The notes below the pieces were generated by a model. That model was not told the origin of the DNA, searched no databases, and was given only the letters and a program-made list of their open reading frames with translations. The translations under genes were made by a program, and so were the position numbers. A stretch of DNA of 59,750 nucleotides from Macrostomum lignano (lineage: Eukaryota), in NCBI GenBank assembly GCA_002269645.1, contig NIVC01001985.1, forward strand, positions 156,236 to 215,985, in the 5' to 3' direction. How positions within the stretch are numbered: the stretch's first letter is position 1; every line of letters starts with the position of its first letter. Shown piece by piece: positions 49,750-59,750 of the stretch.

Positions 49750-50228
49750 CAGGGGTCGGCAAACTTTTTACCTCAAGGGCCAGATAAATAATCTAAACCA
49801 TTGATGCGGGCCAGATGAGAGTAGAAAGGAGTGGGAATGGGGGAGCAAGAAGAATAAAGAGGAGATAACAGATGACAGAATAGAGGAAAGGTGAAAGTCG
49901 ATGGGAGGAGAGGAGGGAGAGAGGAGAGCAGTTCACTAAGAGGAGAGAGAGGAGAGTAGAAAGAAGAGGAGAGAGAATAGAGGAGAGAAGAGGAGAGAGG
50001 AGAGAAGAGGAGATGAGAAGAGAGAAGAGAGAAAAGGAGATGAGAAGAGAGAGAAGAGAAAATGAGATGAAAGGAGAGAGGAAAGAAGAGAAAAAAAAAA
50101 AGAGATAAGAAAACTGAGAAGCGAAATAAACCTTGGATCGCTATCATGAAGTTTCAAAAGACCTGAGGGCCGGATAGAGAGGCTTTGCGGGCCGCATGTG
50201 GCCCATGGGCCGAGTATGCCAAACTCTG
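49750..50228. mobile_element. hAT (Buster/Charlie-like) MITE with purine-rich interior
   Basis: TIR CAGGGGTCGGCAAAC and a degenerate right end; perfect 8-bp TSD CTTTAGTT (nnnTAnnn). Confidence 0.88.
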
Positions 50229-50740
50229 CTTTAGTTACTTAAACAATATAAAAAAGATAAAGGGGAGAGAAAGGAGAGAGAAAAGAGGGAGAAAATAATA
50301 AGAAGGGAACAGAAAAGAGAGGAGAGGGGAGAGAAAAGAGATAAGATGGCAGAGAAAAGAGAAGAAAATAGACAAGATGGAAAAAGGGATAAAATAGAAG
50401 ACATTTGCCCTTGGCCTCACCTATGTGGTCCCTGCAGACAAACAGTTTTAGAAAAAGGCTTTTTGTCTACCTAGCAAACAAACTGTCAATGGACAAATGA
50501 ACTAGAAACCAAATAGTTGTAGTACAATAGTATGTTCTATTGACATCACCAATACCAAATTGTAATGGTACTTGTTGTTCTACCTTCTAAATGATCTCAA
50601 CTCATAGCTATTACCAATATTGTTATAGTGTTCAATTCTACTTTTTTAGCAATGTATTAGCATAACTAGTATAGTTTTAGTAGTATCTTAATATAATTCT
50701 ATAGTGTCTTAGTATATTTCTATAGGCCTAAGCAGTATAT

Positions 50741-53105
50741 TCCTGGCATAAAATGGTTAGCATGGTTGTGACACTCAAGGACACTTGCACTTTCACAGCC
50801 TTCCAGAAATGACACTAAATGACACTTATCTCTACTGTCGCTGGCATGACACTGACATGCGACACTGCCATATAACATTGGCCTAGACTGTTGCTGGCAT
50901 GCTAAAATGTGACACTGCCTCACAACACTCATCCAACACTCATCTGACAGTCATTTGGCTCCTCCCTCACCTGTAACTTAGATGTATATATTTCTGGCAT
51001 TAAGTATACCGACTGTTGTTTACTTGAAAATAAACTGAAATTCGCTGCCAATCATGCAAAACAGTTAGTATCAGACTGTCAGTGGTTGACTTTCTTCATC
51101 TCAAAGGCCCTGCACAAAGCCCTGCACAAAGCCTCAATTTTCAAGGGCCCATACTCCACTAAGGGAGAATTGGAAGTTGCCTTCAAGTGCTGAAGGCTAC
51201 AGCCGCTGGTATCAAACATCAACTTGGCTAGTGGGTGCACTTGTTGCCCTGCTCTGCAGCAAGACCTTTTGAGTTTGTGCACCAAAATGGAAAAAAACAT
51301 GTGGCTACGTGACAAAGAGCATTGCACTGAACATAGTCTGACTGCAAGCAGAGATCTTGTGGTTGCAAGAACAAGTTGAGAAGTTGCATTTGTCAGCAGC
51401 TGCCAACAGACAAAGCGCAGAACAGATACTATACAAATATAAATAGAGCGTCGAGATGCTTGAGACTGAGTGCTCCATCCTAGATGAGGCATTCACTGAT
51501 GCCTCACTGGCTATGATTTGAGATATAAATGTTGTTAAGGATAGCAAAAAGTCATAGCTACAATCTCCATCACTCAGTCACAGTCCGGAGATGACCGCCA
51601 GACTGCATGAGGCTACAAAAGCACTGGAGAGTATAGCAGTCTGCAGCATCATCCCAAACAGCAATAGTGCTGGAAATGATATGTCATTGCTACAGAGCAG
51701 TGGTCTGTTTGAAGTTGGCAAGGATGCTTCAACCAAGGCTCAGGCCAGTTATGCTAACCTGAATGCAGATATCAAAATTCCAGCCAGTAGCCTTGCCTTG
51801 CCATGGCAAAATGAGCTTTTTGTGAGCACTTAAAGGTTGCATCTGCCAGTTCTAACAAAGGTGACTCCCAGAAAACAATCAAGCAGGGAAAGAAAGGCTC
51901 ACAGAAGTCTGATACCACAGCATTGGACAGAGGTCTGTTAGTTCTCCTTTGGGCATGTTTCACACCCAAGGAAATGGCCAAAACATCTTACAAAGGAAGA
52001 GCCATCAAAGATAGTGCCAACAGACTGGCTGCCAACAAACATAAAAGAACAGCCATTTAATCTTATCTAGATTCAATGGGGCTGAAAAGTGTCAGTCTGC
52101 ACATAATCCTGCATCTATAGAGTCACACGTCAGAAGCTGTGAGAAAGAAGATGAACATTGGCAATGACAAGGCATGTGACAGCAGCAATAAGGCAGGTGA
52201 CAGCGGCAATAGGCAGATGATGGTGGCAATAAGGCAGGTGATGGCAGCGATAAGGCCGGTGACATCAACAACAAGGCGAGTGATGGTGGCGACAAGAAAG
52301 ATGACAACAGTGACGAGGAAGATGATGCCAGCAACAAGGCTGATATGGTAGGTGAAGCCAGTGGCAAGACTGGCATGGGAACTTACTGAAGTTTTCTTAA
52401 AATGCACTGACAGTGTATCGAGTGACCTGAATATCTTTTTGTGACCCAACATCTTTTTGTGCAATTACTTAGTGAATAAAAAAGAAATACACAATTTGCT
52501 TAATAGACAGACTAAGCAAACTTACTTCTTTGGATACAAAAATTCATTCCCTACTTCTTGATTAGCTTTGCTACACCAGTTTCAGGCAGTGTCAGATGAC
52601 TGTCAGATGAGTGTCAGATGACTGTTGGATGAGTGTCAGATGAGTGTCAGGCAGTGTCGGATGAGTGTCAGACGTGTCAGACGAGTGTCTGATGAATGTC
52701 AGACAAGTGTTGGGCAGTGTTGGATGAGTGTTGGATGAGTGTCAGACAAGTGTTGGGCAGTGTCAGATGAGTGTCAGACAAGTATTGAGCAGTGTCAAAT
52801 GAGTGTCAGACAAGTATCAGATGAGTATCAGACAAGTATTGGATGAGTGTCAGATGAGTGTCAGACAAGTGTCAGATGACTAGTGTCGTTAGGCAGTGTT
52901 GTTTTAGCCAAACTCAACAGTGATAACCACTGTCATATTTTAAGTGTCAGTCACCGTCAGTTCAGTGTCACTTTTTTACTTTTTCACATGGAGTGTCATT
53001 TTGCAGTGTTGTTGCAGACCCCTTTGCACTGTCACAACATTGTCATTTTGGCCCAGTGTCAACAAGTGTCCTATAGTGTCAAAACCATACCATTTTCTGC
53101 CGGGA
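50741..53105. mobile_element. 2.4-kb TIR element with GACACT/AGTGTC subterminal repeats carrying a decayed non-transposase ORF
   Basis: Imperfect TIR of about 45 bp, TCC(T/C)GGCA(T/G)AAAATGG..ATGGTT(G/T)TGACACT..AGGACACTTG. Oppositely oriented subterminal repeat arrays at 50770-50950 and 52580-53080. Confidence 0.7.
51150..52390 (+). pseudogene. Degenerate coiled-coil ORF with a 7-aa D/N/G-rich repeat tail, unidentified
   Basis: TKGELEVAFK..CTCCPALQQDLL..AEILWLQEQVEKL..MTARLHEATKALES..GNDKACDSSNKAGDSGN; several in-frame stops. Confidence 0.5.
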
Positions 53106-54177
53106 TTACTAGTATAGGCCTAGTATATATTATCTCTAGTCCTAGATATTACCAAGATTAGAGAATCATAGCACTAAAGCCTTAGTCTTTAGGTATATTT
53201 AAAACAAAAATTAAATATTAATTATTTTTTGCAATTTGAAACAAACATTTTTTCTCACAAATTTACTAGTAAAGCATTTCTAAGAAACTAGAAACTTCAT
53301 AGTAGTATATAATAATATTTGACCTAAGTCTTAAGAAAGCTTTACTCTAATAAGTTAATTGTTTGTTTCTAAATGGAAAGATATTAAAAATCCAAAAGTT
53401 GATACAAATTATAATATGTTATATATAGATATTTTTAGTAAACAATAAATCTTAAAGAATTTGTTATTTTTGTTATCTAATAGTGATTGACTTAAGATTA
53501 ATTTTTTATAGGATTGTACACTAGATTCAAGTTAGCTAATAGTGCCATATATTGATAGTTACAAACAATGCTATATAACTGTAGTACTCTACTAATTCAA
53601 CTTTGCTTATTTAATTTTTAATTTCCAGGCCTAGGCCATATTCTGCAACATGTCAATGACTTTATTTGCCATGAGGTTCTGGGATGAAGGATATGTAGAG
53701 GATCCAGTCATGGAAAGTAATTGTAATTCCATACCAGATCAGGAAGCTATCAGGAAGCTATCCATGTTGTCAAAATACTGACAATATTGATTTGGGTTTC
53801 GACGAGATCATTAACCATTAATTGACTAATGATTGATAGTTTAACTTTAATGCTACTTTCAGTTTCAGGTATTCATTCTGTGAAAAAATAATGTTGATTT
53901 AATTATTGTTACATTTTTCTCTGTAGCGCCCCTCTGACTATAGACCAAGAGGCATTCTTGTTCAGTTTGCATTTTTTTCTAGTTCTGACAACAATGTGTT
54001 GGCTTCTTTATTTATTGTTAGCTGGACGCAGTTTCGCGTTTTATATATTCTTTGTTGTGATTTTATGAACGCTCGGAAATTCTCGAGTGTGTCCTGTGTG
54101 AAGCATTTTTAATAGAAAACTCATCTTTGCCAAAAATCGGTTTGTAATATCTGCTTTGCAATTGGATAGGCCTAGCC

Positions 54178-54450
54178 CAGGGGTCGGCAAACTTCGGCCC
54201 GCAAAGCCTCTGTATCCGGCCCTCGGATCCTTTTAAATTTCACAATAGCAATTCGGCCCGCTCAAGGTTTGTCTCTCTTCTCAGCTCTTCTCTCTAATCT
54301 CCTCTCATCTTTTCTCTCCTCTCCTCTCATCTCCTCTCCTCTCTCATTCTCCTATCTCTCTTCCCTCTCCTCTCTCCCCTCCTCTGGCCCGCAATCATGC
54401 GCTATGTTCTCTATCCTAGCCCTTGAAGTAAAAAAGTTTGCTGAGCCTTG
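54178..54450. mobile_element. hAT (Buster/Charlie-like) MITE, same family as 49750-50228
   Basis: TIR CAGGGGTCGGCAAAC / GTTTGCTGAGCCTTG; perfect 8-bp TSD GCCTAGCC. Confidence 0.88.
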
Positions 54451-55314
54451 GCCTAGCCTTTGTCTGCCCTGGTTTGCAATAAATCAGTTGTTAATTTTCA
54501 GTTTATTTTTGTTTCTAATGCTTATGAGCTATTTGTTTTCGATCCAGTTTTGGATTAGTTGATATTGATATTGATAATATACCTCTATCGAAACATGATC
54601 AAACGTTAGCCTTTTGCTAAACTGCTTGTTTCCGTTTTGAGTTAGTTTACCAGCAATCTTAGCCACTTAGCAGGCCAACAAAATGCCAATCATAAAAAGC
54701 TCAATTATAATAGACTATATATTCTTTTTCTAGCACAGTTACCAAATAATCAGACAAACTTACAAGAGTCGCAGTTTTTTAGTTTGTAGTTTTCGAACAG
54801 TTGCCAACTAGCCAGCTAGCAACTATATATTTCCAATGAAAACAAAACTCTGTACGGTCAGAATCCATTCATATTTTTCTATCATTTTTTTCTGCCCGAG
54901 CCAGTGGGAATGAACTTTATGGTCATTACTGAACACCATTAATCAGCATGGGAATCAGCATGGGAGTCATCGCGAAAGTCCTTCGCAATTGCTAATGCTT
55001 GATAGCAGCCTAGTCTAATAACTGACAATGATGATTATCGAGAGGTTATCGAGTGATTAAACAACTGCCATAGCGTCTTTGTGTGTGAAGCGTTACCTCT
55101 TGATAAATTGTGTCTATTTTCGTCCAAAAACCAATGGCTATTCCCAGACTTGTTCACTAAGCGATTCTAGGGATTCGTGTAATAGGCATTTTCCACTTGG
55201 CGCAAGCCAAATGATGGCCATAGACTAAACGTCTGGAACGAAAAGTTACGCGGAACAGCCTGAAATTATCATAGACAAAACGTTAAATAAAGTTGTGGTC
55301 TTATAAGCTGGAAC

Positions 55315-55919
55315 CAAAGAGTATTGAGGTCGCCTAGTATAGAGTGCCAATAAAGATGAAAATCTGAAGCCGATTTTTAGAATCCACCCACCCCTCCGGT
55401 CACCAAGCTTTTTAGTCTATGGCGCAAGTTGTGGCTAGTACAAAGCCGATGCTCAGAAATATACATAGAGTGCATGAGAAAAATACAAGTAGCTAATGTA
55501 GCTGGACGAATACCATGTATGCTTAAAACGTCCTCAAGACTTTATTTCTGTATCCATACTGTAACCGTACGTACATTGATTGCATTGTGTAAGGAGAAAA
55601 TAAGTTGAGCAGGATTCTTGCAGCAGAGTCGGAAAGACAAAAACATAAGTGATAAACAGGCAGAGTGAAGGTGCAGCAGAGGGAAAAGCAAAAAACATAA
55701 GTGATAAACAGGCAGAGTGAAAGAAAACAGTACTATGAGCAAATAAGCAGGAAGTAATGTAGCAAACATGTCAAGTGAGAGAGGAGATGAGTCATAGCCT
55801 CTATGTATATTTCTGAGCATCAGCTTTGTACACCATTCTAGCCACAACTTGTGCCATAGACTAAAAAGCTTTAGTATTTATTATCTGTGCTCTATACTAG
55901 GCGACCTCAATACTCTTTG
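55315..55919. mobile_element. 605-bp foldback MITE with long TIRs, P-superfamily-like ends
   Basis: Begins CAAAGAGTATTGAGGTCGCCTAGTATAGAG; imperfect inverted arms over 100 bp; perfect 8-bp TSD GCTGGAAC. Confidence 0.85.
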
Positions 55920-55976
55920 GCTGGAACAGCAGAGGACACATGTTCCTGTTTCCTCCGTTTGCCCTAACCTCTATTC

Positions 55977-56240
55977 ATGCCACTCATACGAATGATAAAT
56001 TGGTCGAATTTGCCGATTGAAAGCATTTACGGCTTGAATGGAAATGAGGTCAACTTTCTCAGCGACTTGAGTATGGGTGGACGTGATGAGGCGGATGACA
56101 AAGAGTTGATGGAGTTCATCCGATTCATTGAATGCGGTAACGATGATGCTCTGCCACACTGCCAAGCAAAGAAGAGGCTTGCCCGAGGATCCCATGCGGA
56201 ACAAACCATGCAATTCGGCCGATGTGAGTGTAACGTCTAA
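55977..56240 (+). other. Unidentified coding-like fragment (also open antisense, 55971-56246)
   Basis: 87-codon frame with a GTGAGT donor near 56224; no family recognised. Confidence 0.3.
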
Positions 56241-56428
56241 AGACATTTCTTATATAAATAAGACATTTCTTATTATTTTTCTTTTCGTACATGTATACAA
56301 TCTGTTTATTCAGCTTTGTTGTATTGAATAAAGAATATCCTCGCAAACGCATTGATACAACAACAAAATACGTTGTCAAGATGGCAAAAGTCAGCGTCAC
56401 AGGGCGCGCTTCATGGCTTGGGCGCGAA

Positions 56429-57436
56429 CAAAGGCGTAGGAACGTTTTAAAAAGTGGGGGGGGGCAGGTTCAGTGGCGGATTAGGGGGGGGGGGCGCACA
56501 GGGTGTACGCCCCGTCGGGTTAGATTTTTTATATGGAAAATGCACATTACTATGTACCAATTATTTTCAGAATCCGTCTTGTCAGCACTCATTTTATAAA
56601 GCGCCGCAGGCACTCATTTTAGCGCCGCAGGCACTCATTTTAGCGCCGCAGGCACTCATTTTAGCGCCAGGCACTCATTTTGGCGCAGCAGGCACTCATT
56701 TTAGCGCCACAGGCACTCATTTTAGCGCCACAGGCACTCATTTTAGCTCCGCAGGCACTCATTTAGCGCCGCAGGCACTCATTTTAGCGCCGCAGGCACT
56801 CATTTTAGCTCGCGCAGCGGCACTCATTTTAGCGCGCAGGCACTCATTTTAGCGCCGCAGGCACTCATTTTAGCTCCGCAGGCACTCATTTTAGCGCCGC
56901 AGGCACTCATTTTAGCGCCGCAGGCATCATTTTAGCTCCGCAGGCACTCATTTTAGCGCCACAGGCACTCATTTTAGCGCCGCAGGCACTCATTTTTAGC
57001 GCCGCAGGCACTCATTTTAGCGCCACAGGCACTCATTTTAGCGCCGCAGGCACTCATTTTAGCGCCACAGGCACTCATTTTAGCGCCACAGGCACTCATT
57101 TTAGCGCCGCAGGCACTCATTTTAGCTCCGCAGGCACTCATTTTAGCGCCGCAGGCACTCATTTTAGCGCCACAGGCACTCATTTTAGCGCCGCAGGCAC
57201 TCATTTTAGCGCCGCAGGCACTCATTTTAGCGCCACAGGCACTCATTTTGGCGCTGCAGGCGCTATGTTTTGTTGCCCTGCAGCAAAATGCATTCATGCA
57301 AAGCAGCAAAAACCAAAAATAAGCAAGAAGTCTACATTTTACTTTTAAAATGGGGGGGGCACATACCATTACTGGCCCCCATTTAAAAAGCGGAGGGAGG
57401 CCATGGCCCCACTGTCCCCCCGTTCCTACGCCGATG
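56429..57436. mobile_element. About 1-kb MITE-like element with an expanded internal 21-bp array
   Basis: Inverted ends CA(A/T)(A/C)GGCGTAGGAACG; second MITE-like end CAGTGGCGGATT at 56471; no TSD found. Confidence 0.6.
56597..57260. repeat. 21-bp minisatellite (GCAGGCACTCATTTTAGCGCC), about 31 copies
   Basis: Direct reading. Confidence 0.97.
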
Positions 57437-57514
57437 CTCCAACGGCTCATCGAATATCTACCGGTCGAGGACACACATATACATGTCAAATTCTTGTGGA
57501 TCACAGAGCTCGTA

Positions 57515-57690
57515 TGCTCGTGGGCTTGTGTGCTCGAAAACTGACCAGTGGGTTTTTCGTGCGATTCACAGCCATGAGGGCCAACCCCCGCACAGAGAAT
57601 GCCTGACGATTCAGAGGCCGGAGCCGCTGTACACCCTGTGTGAGCGAGTGTATGAGTGCGTGCCTATTTAGAGTATGGGCGCGCTTGCAT
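57515..57690 (+). repeat. Dispersed hairpin element, copy A
   Basis: GGGCTTGTGTGCTCGAA..GTGCGATTCACA..ATGCCTGACGATT..GCCGCTGTACACCCTGTGTGAGCG..TGAGTGCGTG. Confidence 0.85.
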
Positions 57691-57977
57691 GTGCTGATCG
57701 AGGAGTCAGCGAAGAATTCAGCGCTGGTTGCGGGACGATGTTACCGAAGGCGTTGCGCCAGGGTGCCCGGCGCGCAACCCTCCAGCGACTATTAACTGGA
57801 CAATCAGGACCCGGTCCAAATCGTAACCTGACGATTTTTAATCTACTTTATCACATAATTCATATGCTATAAAAGAGAAAATCAAGCAAACACCACGTTG
57901 CAAGAACCTGCACGGTACCTATACATGTATGTTACTGGAGTTTAATATTGTTGGTGCTAATAAACGGTCGAATTTGC

Positions 57978-58682
57978 TCATTTGAAATTCGGCGGCCGTC
58001 TGCTATAGTACACAGCGCAGCTGGGACTCTTCATAGCCAGCTTATTGCTTCCGTCGGTCAGTTGGCAGCAGCCAAAAACGGACGGACATCCACCGACCAG
58101 TGGCCGAAGATGTCGCTCGTCGATCCGATGTTCCGGCGCCAACCGTCGGGTCCGTCAGCAGCTGACCATGATCGTCGTAGCAGCACTGCTGCCTGGCCGA
58201 CGTTCCGTCAGGCAGCTCCAGCGGCCAGCTGCGCACGCAGAAGTCCGCCCCGATGTGGAAGCCGCAGTCTGGGCCGCCGCACAGCCAGGACTTCAGCCAG
58301 CTGGGTGCTGCTAGCCATGAGCCTGCATTCGTCGAACTAGACGCGGCGCACGGCAGCAAAAGTCGCTCCGCCAGGTTCCATCGTTAACAGCAGCAGTAGC
58401 AGCGGTCGCATCGTCGGACAAGGATAGCGGATGCGCAGCCGGTGTAGCCAGTCTGGCACAGTTTCCGAGGCGGCTTCGGCGCGGGCCCACTCGGAGCAAC
58501 GATCAGTGGCGACGTCTGACTTGGGTGGAACTTTGTTGCAGTCGCTGTCGTCGCGGCTAGTACAGAAATCCTGCTGCTGCTGCTGCTGCCTGCTGCTGCT
58601 CCTTGTGGAGGCTGCTAACAGAGGCTACAGACGTGGCTACCATGATGCAGCAAATCAGAATAGCGAGATAGTGCTTTGCCAT
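57978..58682 (-). pseudogene. Secreted AMOP-domain protein (isthmin/SUSD2-type domain), intronless, about 5 frameshifts as written
   Basis: Signal peptide MAKHYLAILICCIMVATSVA, then across frames RCSEWARAE..DWLHRL..PCP, DGTWRSDFCC, CGFHIGADFCVRS..QQCCYDDHGQL..GAGTSDR, GHWSVDVRPF, CCQL..CAVYYSRRP. Confidence 0.8.
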
Positions 58683-59014
58683 CGATGCAGACCGCCAGAG
58701 TTCTGCTGCGGAGATTCAGGCGGTTGTACAGCATTTTTTATTGAATTCATCAGAGATTTTTAACCGCCAGCCACTTTCCCATAGACATAGCCGCTGCTGT
58801 TCCCGCTCAGCCCCATACAAGGGAGAATAAGCCAGTTAAAAATCAAGAATCCAGAAAATAGAGAAAATAGAGCCAGACAAAGAAATCCCTGAATTTTACC
58901 CGTAGACGACTGGTAGATTACTCTATAGATTACTATATATTTTTTTGGTTGTAACAAGAGTTTCGAGCGTTTTTTACTCAACTTTGAATTCATTTTTCCA
59001 ATCCCATAACAGTT

Positions 59015-59430
59015 TCAATTCCAGGATATAATCACGATCCTGATCAATGACCTGTTGCCATCTGGCGATGAGATCGTGAATTCCCTTCTTGATAATTCAA
59101 GTGGCAGCAATTTGAAGTATTGCTCGAGCCAGGCTTTCACCTCCTCGTCTTTTAACGTCACGCCATTTATGTGTTCTGCATAGAGCGACAAGTGCAGGTG
59201 GTAGTCTGATGGCGCAAGATCAGGCGCGAGTATGGAGGGCGGGGCATGACTTCCCAGCCCAGCTCGAGCAGCTTCTGCAGTGTCTTTCCTTATTGAACTG
59301 CGCGAACCAGGCACGGCAGCGTTGCTCACAGTAAATATGCGCGAATGAGGTGACGTTGATCGTGTTGTTGCGTAGCCATTGTAGCTGAAGGTTTAGCATA
59401 TCCAAGCGGATATACGCTAGTGCGCACACT
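59015..59430 (-). mobile_element. Internally deleted mariner transposase remnant
   Basis: HTH-like RAWFAQF joined directly to the C-terminal LGWEV..PP..PDLAPSDYHL..EEVKAWLEQYF (YSPDLAPSD family motif); most of the catalytic domain is missing. Confidence 0.85.
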
Positions 59431-59750
59431 CTTACGAGCGTAAATGCCCCCCATAGAACATTGTCGTTCTGCTGATTTACCTAATTGTGTCATACTGTGC
59501 CAAATGTGCCGAAAAGGACAGCTGAGGACAATTAAAATGTGCTAATTGGCATAACTGGGGTGGTACAGTTGGCAGAATTGCAGATTTTGCTAGGACAATT
59601 ATTTCCCGCCGGGAGTACGAAGTACATTTAAGTCGATGATGGTGCGCGCATCATAGTAAATATAAGAGATAGCCAATTTTGATTATATGAATCAGCAAGA
59701 AACTACATATCTCGTAGATCAAGCGTTGTTGGCCCGCACCATACGAATAT

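Overview
Eukaryotic, intron-rich animal DNA with GC/Ala-rich exons, AT-rich short introns and many private minisatellites. The style fits a free-living flatworm such as Macrostomum (inference, not verified). There are no prokaryotic systems, CRISPR arrays or intact rRNA/tRNA genes. Host genes rebuilt by hand from splice signals: the 5' coding exon of MCM2 (gene runs off the left edge), a TDRD5/Tejas-like 3xLOTUS+Tudor piRNA factor, AP-1 sigma, TUBGCP5, PAH, MRPS24, EI24 and a frameshifted secreted AMOP-domain gene. Mobile DNA includes a 3.07-kb TIR element inside a (TGAC)n run, a P/THAP9-type transposase remnant, several MITEs with 8-bp or TA target duplications, a 2.4-kb TIR element with subterminal repeats, a deleted mariner and tRNA-derived SINE-like copies. 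The three strongest leads are: (1) a candidate SL-trans-spliced operon EI24>MRPS24>PAH>TUBGCP5, in which MRPS24 has no genomic ATG and could start on the leader's terminal AUG; (2) a transposon carrying a spliced gene with an RG repeat plus a Spindlin/Ssty-like Tudor domain; (3) a four-copy dispersed element with a conserved hairpin. Single-base indels in several genes suggest consensus errors or a decaying duplicate. All protein identities come from remembered motifs; no database search was run.
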